Below are positions 9,821 to 20,294 of a stretch of DNA of 64,000 bases, in pieces (position 1 is the first letter of the stretch; every line of letters begins with the position of its first letter). The stretch comes from Mucisphaera sp. (GTDB lineage Bacteria; Planctomycetota; Phycisphaerae; Phycisphaerales; Phycisphaeraceae), in NCBI RefSeq assembly GCF_965279675.1, contig NZ_CBDIIJ010000002.1, forward strand, positions 2,229,296 to 2,293,295, given 5' to 3'. A program made the translations under genes and the position numbers. The notes beneath the pieces are model-generated. The model saw nothing but the letters and a program-made list of their open reading frames with translations. It did no database searches and was not told where the DNA came from.

Positions 9821-11212
9821 CTAACTCGCAGCCATCTCCGCGAGCAAAGCAATATGCGTCCGGATCCCCAGCTTGAAACGCTCGATCCCGAAGTGCTCAT
9901 TAGGCGAATGGATGGCATCGGTCTCAAGACCGAAACCCAGCAGCATGCTGTCCAGACCGAGTTGCGTCTTGAACTCAGCCACGACCGGAATCGTCGCGCC
10001 CTCTCGAACCAGAGCAGGGGGGTTGCCTGTTGTCCGTTTCACCGCACGTGAGGCCGCCTCGATGTAAGGCGAGTCGGTGGGAGTAGCCACGGAAGCCGCC
10101 TTGCCCAGGCAGTCGATGCGCTCCCACGTACACGGCCCGATGTCGCGCCCGCGCAACCACGCTTCGAACTGGCTGGCCACCTTCTCTGGGTCCATCGCCG
10201 CCGGTATCCGGAAACTCACCTTCGCCTTCGCCACGGCCGGCAGCACCGTTTTCGCCCCTTCACCCGTATAGCCGCTGCAGAGCCCATTGATATCGCAGCT
10301 CGGCCGCGCCCAACGACGCGTCAGCGTGTCCAGCCCCGCCTCGCCGTAAGCAGACCCGCCCACCGGCCCGAGATAATCCGACTCCTCAAAATCGAGTTCC
10401 GCCCACCGCTTACGCTCATCCTCCGTGACCTCGGCCACATCGTCGTAAAAGCCCGGAATCGCAATCCGATGGTTCTCGTCGAAAAGCTGCCCAAGCACAC
10501 GCGTCAGAATCGTGGCGGGATTGGCCGTGGTGCCGCCAAACACGCCCGAGTGCAGATCAATCCGAGGACCACGCAGCGCAAGATCGAAATACACCAAACC
10601 CCGCAGGGCATAGCAGATCGCCGGCAAACCCGGCTTCCACATGCTCGTATCCGAAATCACCACGATGTCCGCTGCCAGCCGCTCCTTCTCGCGCGCTAGA
10701 AACGCAGGCAGGTTCTCGCTGCCATGCTCCTCCTCGCCTTCGATCAGCACCGTGACAGGACAAGGCAGCTTCTCGCCCGCTTCGTGATAAGCACGGAGCG
10801 CCTCAAGAAACGTCATCACCTGCCCCTTGTCGTCGCAGGCACCCCTCGCGAACACCGCCGGCCCGTCACGACCCTCTGCAATCGTCGGCTCGAACGCAGG
10901 CGTCTTCCATTCATCCAGAGGATCAGGCGGCTGGACGTCATAGTGCCCATAAAACAGTACCCGTGGGGCACCAGGGTTAACCACAAGCGCATCCGGCGCC
11001 TTCGCCACCACCGCTGGATGCCCACCGGTCTCCAACACCTCCACCTCAAGACCGGAGCCACGCAGGTGTTCAGCCACCCACTCAGCGCCCTTACGGCAAT
11101 CCTCCGCGTGCTTCGGATCGGTACTCACCGAAGGAATCCGAAGCAACGCCATCATCCGTTCGAGTGCGGCATCTTCCAGGTTTTCAGCCGACTTCAGCAC
11201 ATCATCAAGCAT
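9821..11212 (-). CDS. M20 family metallopeptidase (dipeptidase / ArgE-DapE-CPG2 family)
   Basis: LRIPSVS, YGHYDVQP, ARGACDDKG and LIEGEEEHGS metal-ligand blocks. ATG at 11210-11212. The ORF track begins 3 codons earlier at a TTG. Confidence 0.88.
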   Translation of the reverse strand: MLDDVLKSAENLEDAALERMMALLRIPSVSTDPKHAEDCRKGAEWVAEHLRGSGLEVEVLETGGHPAVVAKAPDALVVNPGAPRVLFYGHYDVQPPDPLDEWKTPAFEPTIAEGRDGPAVFARGACDDKGQVMTFLEALRAYHEAGEKLPCPVTVLIEGEEEHGSENLPAFLAREKERLAADIVVISDTSMWKPGLPAICYALRGLVYFDLALRGPRIDLHSGVFGGTTANPATILTRVLGQLFDENHRIAIPGFYDDVAEVTEDERKRWAELDFEESDYLGPVGGSAYGEAGLDTLTRRWARPSCDINGLCSGYTGEGAKTVLPAVAKAKVSFRIPAAMDPEKVASQFEAWLRGRDIGPCTWERIDCLGKAASVATPTDSPYIEAASRAVKRTTGNPPALVREGATIPVVAEFKTQLGLDSMLLGFGLETDAIHSPNEHFGIERFKLGIRTHIALLAEMAAS

Positions 11213-11281
11213 CTCAATCAATCACTTTCTTGTTGAAAATCAAAGCGAGCATGCACCAACAGACACGTCAGCCCGAAACTC

Positions 11282-11611
11282 TCAGCTCTCCATGCCCTCA
11301 CGATCCAGATCAACCTCCACCACCCCATCACGCTCACGCACCGGAAACACCTTTACCGGCTCATCCATCGGATCATCAACATTCTGGCCGTTTCGTAGAT
11401 TAAACGTGTAAGCATGGTACGGACAGGTAATCACCAGCCCCTGCCGCTCGCCCTGATCAAGAGGCAATCCGGCATGGGGGCAGATGTTCTCGATCGCGTG
11501 CAGCTTGCCATCGATCCGGAAAACCACCACAGGCGTTTCCGCCACCCGGCACGCAGACTGGCAGGATTCTGGATAATCCGCCGCAGGTCCCACCTCGGTC
11601 CAGTTGGCCAT
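11282..11611 (-). CDS. Rieske [2Fe-2S] domain protein (NirD-like small ferredoxin subunit)
   Basis: 109 aa. Rieske ligand motifs CPHAG and CPYHAYTF. GGAGG lies 9 nt upstream of the ATG at 11609-11611. Confidence 0.85.
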   Translation of the reverse strand: MANWTEVGPAADYPESCQSACRVAETPVVVFRIDGKLHAIENICPHAGLPLDQGERQGLVITCPYHAYTFNLRNGQNVDDPMDEPVKVFPVRERDGVVEVDLDREGMES

Positions 11612-11740
11612 CTCGCATATCCTCCGTAGGATCCAGGCGTGTCATCCATCCCAAAAAGCCGCCAGCAAGACAGCCACAACGACAGCCAGTGTACGCGCTG
11701 CCTGCCCCTCGTTCGCGAACTTACCGAGCGAGCACTCGCC

Positions 11741-12457
11741 ATGGCTATCGACGCATCCCCGCACGCACCCCGCGCTCGAGAAGGCGAATCCATCAGATCC
11801 CTCGCTTCAATCCTGCCTCTGGCCAGGCAGGCCGTCGGCCTCCCACACGATTCGGCTTTCGAGGCCCCACCACCAGGCATCGTCCGCTGGACCGATGGCC
11901 TCGGACACAGCCGCCCCAGCTACGGCTACCTCGCCAGCCGCCTCCTCCAACGAGCAGGCCGGCCGGTACCCGATCTCCCGCCAACCAAAGCCGAACCAGA
12001 ATCGCCCGAGGCCCATGTCCACGACCTCTGGAACGAGTTGCTCCAGGTGCCCGCGGAATCCGAGCCCTCCATCGTCCATCCGGATCAAGCCAGCCCGGAG
12101 CCGCTGTTCACCCAGCAACCCGACGACTCCCCCGATGAGTGGACCTACCGCGAACTCGTCGGCCTCCACGGCCTGATGACACTGGCAAGGATCAAGGCCG
12201 ACCCGAAACTCGCTGACCAGGCGGCCCGCGTTGCCCTCCACCACGTTGAGCACACCCAGCCCGACTACACCACCTACCAGCCCTGGGCACTCTATTGGTT
12301 CATCCGCTGGCAACCCACCGCCACCTTCGGCGAGCAGCAGCTCCACGATGTCGCCACACACCTCGCCGTTGAAGGCCCCCCAGGAGCACTCGTCCCCGCA
12401 CTCCTACTCGCCGACGCCCTGATCGATCTCGAGCACGAGGCCAAACACCAGGCATGA
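11741..12457 (+). CDS. hypothetical protein
   Basis: The ORF runs 11639..12457 with a GTG at 11639; the first ATG is at 11741 (MAIDASPH...). Codon usage matches neighbouring + genes. Its stop overlaps the next start (ATGA). No recognisable motif. Confidence 0.5.
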   Translation: MAIDASPHAPRAREGESIRSLASILPLARQAVGLPHDSAFEAPPPGIVRWTDGLGHSRPSYGYLASRLLQRAGRPVPDLPPTKAEPESPEAHVHDLWNELLQVPAESEPSIVHPDQASPEPLFTQQPDDSPDEWTYRELVGLHGLMTLARIKADPKLADQAARVALHHVEHTQPDYTTYQPWALYWFIRWQPTATFGEQQLHDVATHLAVEGPPGALVPALLLADALIDLEHEAKHQA

Positions 12458-13689
12458 TCCTACGAGCCACCTTCTGCATCTGCCTTCTAACGCTGCCCGC
12501 TCTCGCACAGCCGCTGATCCCCCCTCTGGAACCGGAAGAGCCAACAAGTACCGACGCAGTTGTCGACACATCGACGAACATGAACCCGGCGACGCCCACC
12601 GAACAACCGGACACACAGCAAACCCTCCAGTCACTCACTCAGCAAGCCCACCAGCTACTGACAGCGAAGCAGACACAAGCCAACCTACTCATCGAACTCG
12701 CTAATCAGGCCGACGACCTGATCGATGGCCTCACCAACCCGCAGGACCAGCTCACCGCTGAGATCATCCGACTCGGTGCCTACGCCCACCTGGCCGAGCA
12801 GGCCCGCCAGTCTGGACTGCAGACCGTAGCCGCCTTCCGTTACGCCCAGGTCCGTGGCGTCGCCTCTCGCGTAGCACCCATCGACCACCCGCTCGCCAAC
12901 CGCATAGCCATCACCTGGCAACTGCTCGCCGATCTGGGCGAAGTCCACGCGCTCGACGCCCCACGCGGTGATCTCCTCGCAGCCGTTCTGACCTACCTTT
13001 CACAGGCCACGGAGCAGGCCAGCAAAGCCACCAGTGAGCTACGCTGGAACGCCATTCGCAAGCTGGTGCTTGAACGTACGATCGCCCTCCAACTCGAACA
13101 GGGCAACGCTAGAGCCGCCACAGCGCTGGCCGAACCCTTGCTCGCTGGAGGCGACGATTCCCCCCATACGCAGCAGGCGATCGATCTCGCAGCCAGACTC
13201 GACCAACCCGTCCCGCCCGTGCTGATTCGAGCCCTAGACCGCCGGGCAGGCGCAGAAACCGAACGTCTCCAGGCAGTTGCCCTCGTCGCCTGGGGCCAGC
13301 CCCTCGATCCCCAGATCGCTTCCGAACTCGAAACCCTCCGCGATACCCGCGGCCTCATCCCGATCGAGCCCCGCCTCGTCGTCGTCGGCGGGTCCCAACG
13401 CCCACCCCTCCTGCCCGGTTGGGATGGAGCCTCGTCATGGATCCCCGCCGATGACGCGATCCGCCTGACCGAAGCCGGTATCACCCAACTACCCGCCTAC
13501 ATCGTCGTCGATGAATCGGGCCGACTGGCCGCCGCCGGACACGGCCCCACCACGCTCCGCCGAGCTCGACTGCTGGCCGCGGTCATCGAGGCCCAGACAC
13601 CCCCACCTCCCCCTTTAGACCTTTTAAACCCTCCCCTCAACGGAGATCTAGGCGAAAACAGAAATCTAAACCTCCCCCTTGCTGATTAA
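12454..13689 (+). CDS. hypothetical secreted protein
   Basis: 411 aa with an N-terminal signal peptide (MILRATFCICLLTLPALAQP). Translationally coupled to the upstream ORF by an ATGA overlap at 12454-12457. Helical Ala/Leu/Gln-rich body and Pro-rich C-terminus. Confidence 0.6.
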   Translation: MILRATFCICLLTLPALAQPLIPPLEPEEPTSTDAVVDTSTNMNPATPTEQPDTQQTLQSLTQQAHQLLTAKQTQANLLIELANQADDLIDGLTNPQDQLTAEIIRLGAYAHLAEQARQSGLQTVAAFRYAQVRGVASRVAPIDHPLANRIAITWQLLADLGEVHALDAPRGDLLAAVLTYLSQATEQASKATSELRWNAIRKLVLERTIALQLEQGNARAATALAEPLLAGGDDSPHTQQAIDLAARLDQPVPPVLIRALDRRAGAETERLQAVALVAWGQPLDPQIASELETLRDTRGLIPIEPRLVVVGGSQRPPLLPGWDGASSWIPADDAIRLTEAGITQLPAYIVVDESGRLAAAGHGPTTLRRARLLAAVIEAQTPPPPPLDLLNPPLNGDLGENRNLNLPLAD

Positions 13690-13815
13690 AGGATTGATTG
13701 GTATTTTAGAAGGTACCGTTAGGCTCAGACTAAAACAGTCGGCCTGCGTACCGAGCCCCGGATACGGCGTTCGGGGCCCATCTCGATTCACTGTTTCGAC
13801 AAGACGGGAGCACCC

Positions 13816-15696
13816 ATGACTACCTTCGCCTCTCCGACGTTCAAACAAGGAAACGCCATGACCAGCAACGAGAAACTCAAGGCATGGGTCGAAGATGTCG
13901 CCGAACTCACCACGCCAGAAGACACCGTCTGGTGCGACGGCTCCAAAGACGAATACCAGCGCATGCTCGACCTGATGGTCGAAGGCGGAACCGCCCAGTG
14001 GCTCAACCAAGGCAAGCGCCCCAATTCCATCCTCGTCCGGTCCGACCCCGCCGACGTCGCACGTGTCGAAGACCGAACCTTCATCTGCTCCAAAAGCAAA
14101 GCCGATGCCGGTCCCACCAACAACTGGAAAGACCCCGAGGAAATGAAGGCCATCCTCATGCCCCTCTTCAAGGGCTGCATGCGAGGACGAACCCTCTACG
14201 TCATCCCCTTCAGCATGGGGCCCGTCGGCTCGCCCATCGCTCACATCGGCGTCGAACTCACCGATTCCCCCTACGTCGTCGCCAACATGCACATCATGAC
14301 CCGCGTCGGCAAGCCCGTGCTCGATGTCCTCGGCGACGACGGCGACTACGTCCCCTGTGTCCACTCCGTCGGAATGCCACTCATTGACGAAAACGGCCAC
14401 AAAATCGACGACGTCCCATGGCCCTGCAACGCTGACAACAAGTACATCACCCACTTCCCCGAAACCAAGGAAATCTGGTCCTTCGGCTCGGGTTACGGCG
14501 GCAACGCGCTGCTCGGCAAGAAGTGCTTCGCCCTCCGCATCGCCTCCGTGATGGCCAAAGAGCAGGGCTGGCTCGCCGAGCACATGCTCATCCTCAAACT
14601 TACCGGCCCCAACGGCATCAAGAAGTACATCGCCGCCGCCTTCCCCTCCGCATGCGGCAAAACCAACCTCGCGATGCTCAACCCGACCATCCCCGGCTGG
14701 AAAGCCGAGTGCGTCGGCGACGACATCGCATGGATGAAGTTTGGCGAAGCCTCCAAAGGACAGGAAGAAGGCCGCCTCTACGCCATCAACCCCGAAGCCG
14801 GTTTCTTCGGCGTAGCGCCAGGCACGTCCGACCAGTCCAACCCCAACGCCATGCGTTCCATCGAAGCCAACTCGGTCTTCACCAACTGCGGACTCACCGA
14901 TGATGGCGACGTCTGGTGGGAAGACATGACCGAAGAACCACCCAAGCACCTCATCGACTGGCATGGCGAGGACTGGCGACCCTACTCCGAGAAAACCGCC
15001 GCCCACCCCAACGCACGCTTCACCGCCCCCGCCGCCCAATGCCCGGTCATCGCCGAGGAATGGCAGGACCCCAAGGGCGTTCCCATCGATGCCATCCTCT
15101 TCGGAGGACGCCGTGCCTCCGTCGTTCCGCTCGTCACCGAAGCCATCTCCTGGCAGCACGGCACCTTCCTCGGATCGGTCATGTCCAGCGAAAAAACCGC
15201 CGCCGCCGCCGGCAAGGTCGGTGTCCTCCGCAGAGACCCCATGGCCATGCTCCCATTCTGCGGATACCACATGGCCGACTACTGGCAGCACTGGATCGAT
15301 CTCGGAAAGAAAGTCAACGGATCCCTGCCCGAAGGCAAAATGCCCAAGATCTTCTACGTCAACTGGTTCCGAAAGAGCCCCGAAGGCAAGTGGCTCTGGC
15401 CCGGCTTCGGCGACAACAGCCGCGTCCTCAAATGGGTCGCCGAACGCTGCGACAACTCGGCCGAAGCCATCGACACACCCCTCGGCAGGATGCCCACCCG
15501 CCAGGCCCTCGACCTCTCCGGCCTCGACCTCCCCGAAGACGACTTCGAGGAACTCATGAGCGTCGACGTCGACGGCTGGCTCGCAGAAATGGACTCGATG
15601 AGAGAACACTTCGCCCAGTTCGGCGACAAACTCCCCGCCGAACTCACCCAGGAACTCAACGACCTCGAAACCAGACTCAAGGCCGCCAAAGCCTGA
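13816..15696 (+). CDS. pckG: phosphoenolpyruvate carboxykinase (GTP)
   Basis: 626 aa. GTP-PEPCK blocks FPSACGKTN (kinase-1a), GDDIAWM and NARFTAP. GGGAG precedes the ATG at 13816; an alternative start is M15. Confidence 0.95.
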   Translation: MTTFASPTFKQGNAMTSNEKLKAWVEDVAELTTPEDTVWCDGSKDEYQRMLDLMVEGGTAQWLNQGKRPNSILVRSDPADVARVEDRTFICSKSKADAGPTNNWKDPEEMKAILMPLFKGCMRGRTLYVIPFSMGPVGSPIAHIGVELTDSPYVVANMHIMTRVGKPVLDVLGDDGDYVPCVHSVGMPLIDENGHKIDDVPWPCNADNKYITHFPETKEIWSFGSGYGGNALLGKKCFALRIASVMAKEQGWLAEHMLILKLTGPNGIKKYIAAAFPSACGKTNLAMLNPTIPGWKAECVGDDIAWMKFGEASKGQEEGRLYAINPEAGFFGVAPGTSDQSNPNAMRSIEANSVFTNCGLTDDGDVWWEDMTEEPPKHLIDWHGEDWRPYSEKTAAHPNARFTAPAAQCPVIAEEWQDPKGVPIDAILFGGRRASVVPLVTEAISWQHGTFLGSVMSSEKTAAAAGKVGVLRRDPMAMLPFCGYHMADYWQHWIDLGKKVNGSLPEGKMPKIFYVNWFRKSPEGKWLWPGFGDNSRVLKWVAERCDNSAEAIDTPLGRMPTRQALDLSGLDLPEDDFEELMSVDVDGWLAEMDSMREHFAQFGDKLPAELTQELNDLETRLKAAKA

Positions 15697-15736
15697 GCCC
15701 TTCGCTCCGCCCACACAAACTTCTCTCTTCTCTCAG

Positions 15737-15765
15737 GCCCCGCCAGTCAACAGGCGGGGCTTTTT
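15737..15765 (+). terminator. intrinsic terminator after pckG
   Basis: GCCCCGCC-loop-GGCGGGGC hairpin followed by TTTTT, about 40 nt after the pckG stop. Confidence 0.8.
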
Positions 15766-15811
15766 CTATGCTTTCACTATCTATCCAACCCACGCAGGAA
15801 GTTTCAGTTCC

Positions 15812-17881
15812 ATGACCACATCAGCCGACAACCCCCTACTGATCACCACCGGACTCCCCGCCTTCGACCGCATCGAGCCCGCCCACGTCGAGCCGGGCGT
15901 CCGCGCCGCCCTCGCCGCCGTCACCGAGCAGTTCGAGGCCATCGAAGCCAACGCAGGACCCACCTGGGACGCCGTCATGGCACCCCTCGAACGCCTCGAA
16001 GCCCGCTTCCCCTACTTCTGGTCGCCCGTCGGCCACCTCATGTCCGTCAAAGACTCCGACGACCTCCGCGCCGCCTACGAAGCTATCCAGCCAGAGGTCG
16101 TCGCTTTCGGCCTCCGCGCCGGCCAGAGCAAGCCCATCTACGAAGCCCTCGTCGGCCTCCGCGACGGGCCCCACTGGCCCTCACTCACCCCCGCACAGCA
16201 GCGAGCCGTCACCCTCCGCATCCAGGCCGTCGAACGCTCAGGCGTCGCCCTCGAAGGCCAAGCCAAAGAGCGCTTCGAGGAGATCGCCAAGACCCTCTCC
16301 AAACTCGCCACCGACTTCTCCAACCACGTCCTCGACGCCACCAAGGCCTTCGAGCTCATCATCACCAACCCCGCCGACACCGAAGGCTGGCCCACCAGCC
16401 TCCGCCAACTCGCCGCCGCCTCTCACCGCGACGCCAACGAAGGCTCCGAAGCCACGCCCGATAACGGGCCCTGGCGAATCACCCTCGACTACCCCAGCCT
16501 CGGCCCCTTCATGGAGCACAGCCGCAACCGCGCCCAGCGAGAACTGGTCTACAGAGCCTCCAACACCAAAGCCTCCTCAGGCGATCTCGACAACACCCCG
16601 CTCATCGATCAGATCCTCGAAAACCGCCGCGATAAAATCCAGCTCCTCGGTTTCGACACCTACGCCGACTACAGCCTCGATGCCAAAATGGCCCCAAGCG
16701 TCGACAAAGTCCGCGACATGCTCCATCAACTCGCTGACGCAGCCAAACCCATTGCCGAGAAAGAACTCGAAGAACTCCGCGCCCACGCCAAAACGCTCGG
16801 CCACGAAGACGAACTCAAGCACTGGGACATCGCCTTCTACCGCGAGCGCCTCCGCGAGCAGAAGTTCGACTTCACCGACGAGCAACTCCGCCCCTACTTC
16901 CCGCTGCCACGCGTACTCGACGGCCTCTTCTCACTCTGCACGCGTCTCTTCGGCATCACCTTCGAGCAGGCCGACGCCGACGCCCCGCGCTGGCACGACG
17001 ATGTTCGCTACTACCGCGTCCTGAACGAGCAATCCGAGCAGGTTGCAGGCTTCTACCTCGACCCCTACGCCCGACCCGCCGACAAGCGGGGCGGCGCCTG
17101 GATGGACCAGTGCCTCGGCCGCATGCGTCGCGAATCCGGCCTCCAACTCCCCATTGTTCACCTCGTCTGCAACGGTACCCCGCCCGTCGATGGCAAACCC
17201 TCACTCATGAGCTTCCGCGAGGTCGAAACCCTCTTCCACGAATTCGGCCACGGCCTTCAGGGCATGCTCACCACCGTCGACGTTGCAGACGTCGCCGGTA
17301 TCAATGGCGTCGAGTGGGACGCCGTTGAACTCGCCAGCCAGTTCATGGAAAACTGGTGTTACCACAAACCCACCCTCCTCGGCATGACCGCTCACGTCGA
17401 CACCGGCGAACCCCTCCCTGATGACCTCTTCAACAAGATCGTCGCCGCACGAACCTTTATGACCGGCTGGATGACCCTCCGCCAGGTCGAGTTCGCCCTC
17501 ACCGACCTCGCCCTCCACCACGACCCCACCAACGGCCGCACCCCCTCCGAGATCCACCGCGAGATCAGCGAGCAGATCTCCCCCATGCCCGCGCTCCCGG
17601 AAGACCGCTTCCTCTGCGCCTTCTCGCACATCTTCGCCGGAGGCTACGCCGCCGGCTATTACAGCTACAAGTGGGCAGAAGTCCTCTCCGCCGACGCCTT
17701 CGCCGCCTTCGAAGAAGCCGATCTCGACGACGAGACCGCCGTCACCAAGCTCGGCCACCGATTCCGTGACACCGTCCTCGCCCTGGGCGGCGGCCGCCAC
17801 CCCATGGACGTCTTCCGCGACTTCCGCGGCCGCGAACCCCAGATCGACGCCCTCCTCCGCCACACCGGCCTGAAAGGCTAG
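15812..17881 (+). CDS. prlC: oligopeptidase A / M3 family metallopeptidase
   Basis: 689 aa. HEFGH zinc motif in a typical M3 context (FHEFGHGLQGMLT). Conserved C-terminal YAAGYYSYKWAEVLSADAF. Confidence 0.92.
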   Translation: MTTSADNPLLITTGLPAFDRIEPAHVEPGVRAALAAVTEQFEAIEANAGPTWDAVMAPLERLEARFPYFWSPVGHLMSVKDSDDLRAAYEAIQPEVVAFGLRAGQSKPIYEALVGLRDGPHWPSLTPAQQRAVTLRIQAVERSGVALEGQAKERFEEIAKTLSKLATDFSNHVLDATKAFELIITNPADTEGWPTSLRQLAAASHRDANEGSEATPDNGPWRITLDYPSLGPFMEHSRNRAQRELVYRASNTKASSGDLDNTPLIDQILENRRDKIQLLGFDTYADYSLDAKMAPSVDKVRDMLHQLADAAKPIAEKELEELRAHAKTLGHEDELKHWDIAFYRERLREQKFDFTDEQLRPYFPLPRVLDGLFSLCTRLFGITFEQADADAPRWHDDVRYYRVLNEQSEQVAGFYLDPYARPADKRGGAWMDQCLGRMRRESGLQLPIVHLVCNGTPPVDGKPSLMSFREVETLFHEFGHGLQGMLTTVDVADVAGINGVEWDAVELASQFMENWCYHKPTLLGMTAHVDTGEPLPDDLFNKIVAARTFMTGWMTLRQVEFALTDLALHHDPTNGRTPSEIHREISEQISPMPALPEDRFLCAFSHIFAGGYAAGYYSYKWAEVLSADAFAAFEEADLDDETAVTKLGHRFRDTVLALGGGRHPMDVFRDFRGREPQIDALLRHTGLKG

Positions 17882-18012
17882 CCTGACCGGTCGCGCGAGC
17901 CACGTAAATCTTTCATAAGACCATTGACCAGCGGCCATCCGGGCCGGTACGATTCTTTTCAGGCCTGTCTGATTCGACCAAAACGTTCATCCCGCGACAC
18001 CCGGAGCCAACC

Positions 18013-18912
18013 ATGCGCCGATCCCAAGGTTTCACCCTGATCGAACTCCTCGTCGTCATCTCAATCATCGCGCTGCTCATCGGCATCCTCCTCCCCGCCC
18101 TCGTCTCAGCTCGCGAGTCGGCCCGCAACATCGCCTGCAAATCCAACATGCGCCAACTCCAACTCGCCTGGCAGGTCTACGCCGACGAGCACGACAGCTT
18201 CGACACAGGCTTCGTCATGCCCGTGCCAACGCCTATCAGCACCGGCGGCCAGCGAGGCGGTGCCTCCACCGTCAGAGTCGATGCCTGGGTCGGCGAATAC
18301 GGCAACAACCCATCCATCGACTTCGACCGACGCCAGATCGCCATCGAAGAAGGCCAACTCTTCAGCTACGCCGCCAGCGTCGACCTCTACCGCTGCCCCG
18401 CCGAACCAGAACGATCACCCGTCGACTTTCTCCGCAGCTACTCCATCAATGATTACCTCAATGGCGGCCAGTTCTTCCAGTTCTTCGATGTCCTCGCAGA
18501 CACACCCGAAGACTTCTTCAGACAGGCCATCAAGCGAACCGCCGAAATACGTGCCCCATCCAGCACCTTCACCTTTGTCGACGACGGCGACGACCGTGGC
18601 GGAAAACTCGGATCCTTCTTTGTAACAGGCGGCACCGCCAACAGCCCGGCCCCCAATGCTTGGGGTGACCGCCCAGGCATCTGGCATCCCAACAACGGGG
18701 CCAACATCGCCTTCGCCGATGGCCGAGTCGATTCGCGCAACCACACCGATCAGGCCCTCATCGACAACCCCGGCCATAACAACCAGGCACTCCCCGCCCA
18801 GGACCCCGAAAAAGACCTTCGCTTCTACCAGTCCATCACCGCCCCCACCAATGAAGTCATGGACAACGTCCAGCAAGGCCAGACCGGAGGCAATGGCGGA
18901 CAACGCGGCTAA
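18013..18912 (+). CDS. prepilin-type N-terminal cleavage/methylation domain protein (DUF1559-like)
   Basis: N-terminus [29 protein letters not shown] followed by SARE.AR...C.NN-type sequence. This architecture is typical of planctomycete DUF1559 proteins. Confidence 0.85.
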   Translation: MRRSQGFTLIELLVVISIIALLIGILLPALVSARESARNIACKSNMRQLQLAWQVYADEHDSFDTGFVMPVPTPISTGGQRGGASTVRVDAWVGEYGNNPSIDFDRRQIAIEEGQLFSYAASVDLYRCPAEPERSPVDFLRSYSINDYLNGGQFFQFFDVLADTPEDFFRQAIKRTAEIRAPSSTFTFVDDGDDRGGKLGSFFVTGGTANSPAPNAWGDRPGIWHPNNGANIAFADGRVDSRNHTDQALIDNPGHNNQALPAQDPEKDLRFYQSITAPTNEVMDNVQQGQTGGNGGQRG

Positions 18913-18929
18913 ACAGCTAGTCCCAGCCC

Positions 18930-20210
18930 CTACTGCCGCTCCGCCGCCCGCCAAAGCTTCCGAGCCACCCGCTCACCCAGCGTCTCGTGGAAACGATTCG
19001 CCGCCTCATACCCATACGTGTCGTCGTTGATCGTCCCATTCGGGTTGTTGTAAACCGCCACCGTCAGATAGAACGACGCCCCCGTCGACCGATCCAGGTA
19101 GTACCCCGTATCGAGTCGATACCCATACGCCGTCCCACTCTTGTCAAACGCCACCACCGCCGGCCGCGGCACCACCTTCGCAATCCCATCCACCACATAG
19201 CTATCAAACGACCCCGGCGCATACCGGCTGGATGAATACACCGGGTTGCTCGATTCCAATGGGTCCTGCGACATCGCCGACAACATCAGCGTCCGATGCT
19301 GACCCGACAGCCCCAGCCCCGGCTTGCCCAACTCGATCTCCGGCCGCGTGACCATCACCACCAGATCCTGCAGGTCCTCCATCGATACCCAGTTCTTGTC
19401 CGAAAAATCAAACGGCTCCTCAACCAACGCACCCGCCTCGTTGACGTGACGCTCCCCCAACAACAACCCACCCCGTACCCCCGCCAACGGCAAGCTCACC
19501 ACCGCCGTCCTGGGCCCCACCGAGTACGCCCGCTGATCCAGCACCATGTCCACCTGAGGCGTAAACCGGTGATAAGCCTCATCCCCCGGGTCCGACAGCC
19601 GGTGATGCAGCCGAAAACTCTCCAGACCCGCCTCCCACAAAATCTGATTCAATCGATCCCGCCCCACAAAGTCATACAGCCGGTTGTAAGCCTCATTCGA
19701 CGATACAAAACACGTCTTCCGAATCTCCTGCCGAAGCGTGATCGTCCCATTGTCCACGTTGCTGTCGTCCCGGACCCTCACCATCCCATCCTCCCGCCGC
19801 GGATACAGCACCAGAGGCGTATCCGCCGTCAAAGCCAGCCCCGACTCGGCCTGAAGCCGCTGTAACTCAATCAACGCCGCCACACAACCCGCCAGCTTGA
19901 TCGTGCTCGCCGGATACACGTACTCCGCATCCACCCGATACCGGTACCGCCGAAGCGTTGGCGGGCCCTCCGGGTCCTCAATCACCTCCGACACCAAAAT
20001 CTGCACCCGATGCCCCGTCGGGTCCCGCAGCAACCCACCCCACATCGCCGCCGATCCATCCAGCACATCCCTGAACCAGGCATCCCCCAGCCGAGCCGCC
20101 GCCGCGCTCTCATCCTCACCACCCCCGCGCCCACCCGGCGACACGGTACACCCCACCTGCAATACAACCAGCAACACACACACCATCCAGACCGCGATGC
20201 TTCTGTTCAT
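18930..20210 (-). CDS. serine hydrolase, class A beta-lactamase-like lipoprotein
   Basis: 426 aa. Lipoprotein-like signal (VLLVVLQVGC). S-x-x-K motif in PASTIKLAG and a later SSNEAYN (SxN-like). Confidence 0.7.
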   Translation of the reverse strand: MNRSIAVWMVCVLLVVLQVGCTVSPGGRGGGEDESAAAARLGDAWFRDVLDGSAAMWGGLLRDPTGHRVQILVSEVIEDPEGPPTLRRYRYRVDAEYVYPASTIKLAGCVAALIELQRLQAESGLALTADTPLVLYPRREDGMVRVRDDSNVDNGTITLRQEIRKTCFVSSNEAYNRLYDFVGRDRLNQILWEAGLESFRLHHRLSDPGDEAYHRFTPQVDMVLDQRAYSVGPRTAVVSLPLAGVRGGLLLGERHVNEAGALVEEPFDFSDKNWVSMEDLQDLVVMVTRPEIELGKPGLGLSGQHRTLMLSAMSQDPLESSNPVYSSSRYAPGSFDSYVVDGIAKVVPRPAVVAFDKSGTAYGYRLDTGYYLDRSTGASFYLTVAVYNNPNGTINDDTYGYEAANRFHETLGERVARKLWRAAERQ

Positions 20211-20242
20211 CCCCGCATGCTACCGCGTCGGCCAAGCCCAAG

Positions 20243-20268
20243 AAAAAAAGCCCGCATCGCTGCGGGCT
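20243..20268 (-). terminator. intrinsic terminator after the PPC/dockerin/PEP-CTERM gene
   Basis: On the - strand: AGCCCGCA-GCGA-TGCGGGCT followed by a 7-nt T-run (TTTTTTT), about 27 nt downstream of the stop at 20295. Confidence 0.8.
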
Positions 20269-20294
20269 CTTAAAGACCAGGTTCAGCCGGAGGC

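Noticed and set aside
13666-15714. 682-aa ORF on the - strand covering all of pckG
   Set aside because: It is antisense to a gene with unmistakable GTP-PEPCK motifs. Its translation is Gly/Val/Glu/Asp/Ala-rich low complexity. It is the expected by-product of C3-rich codons, which leave the complementary frame without stop codons.
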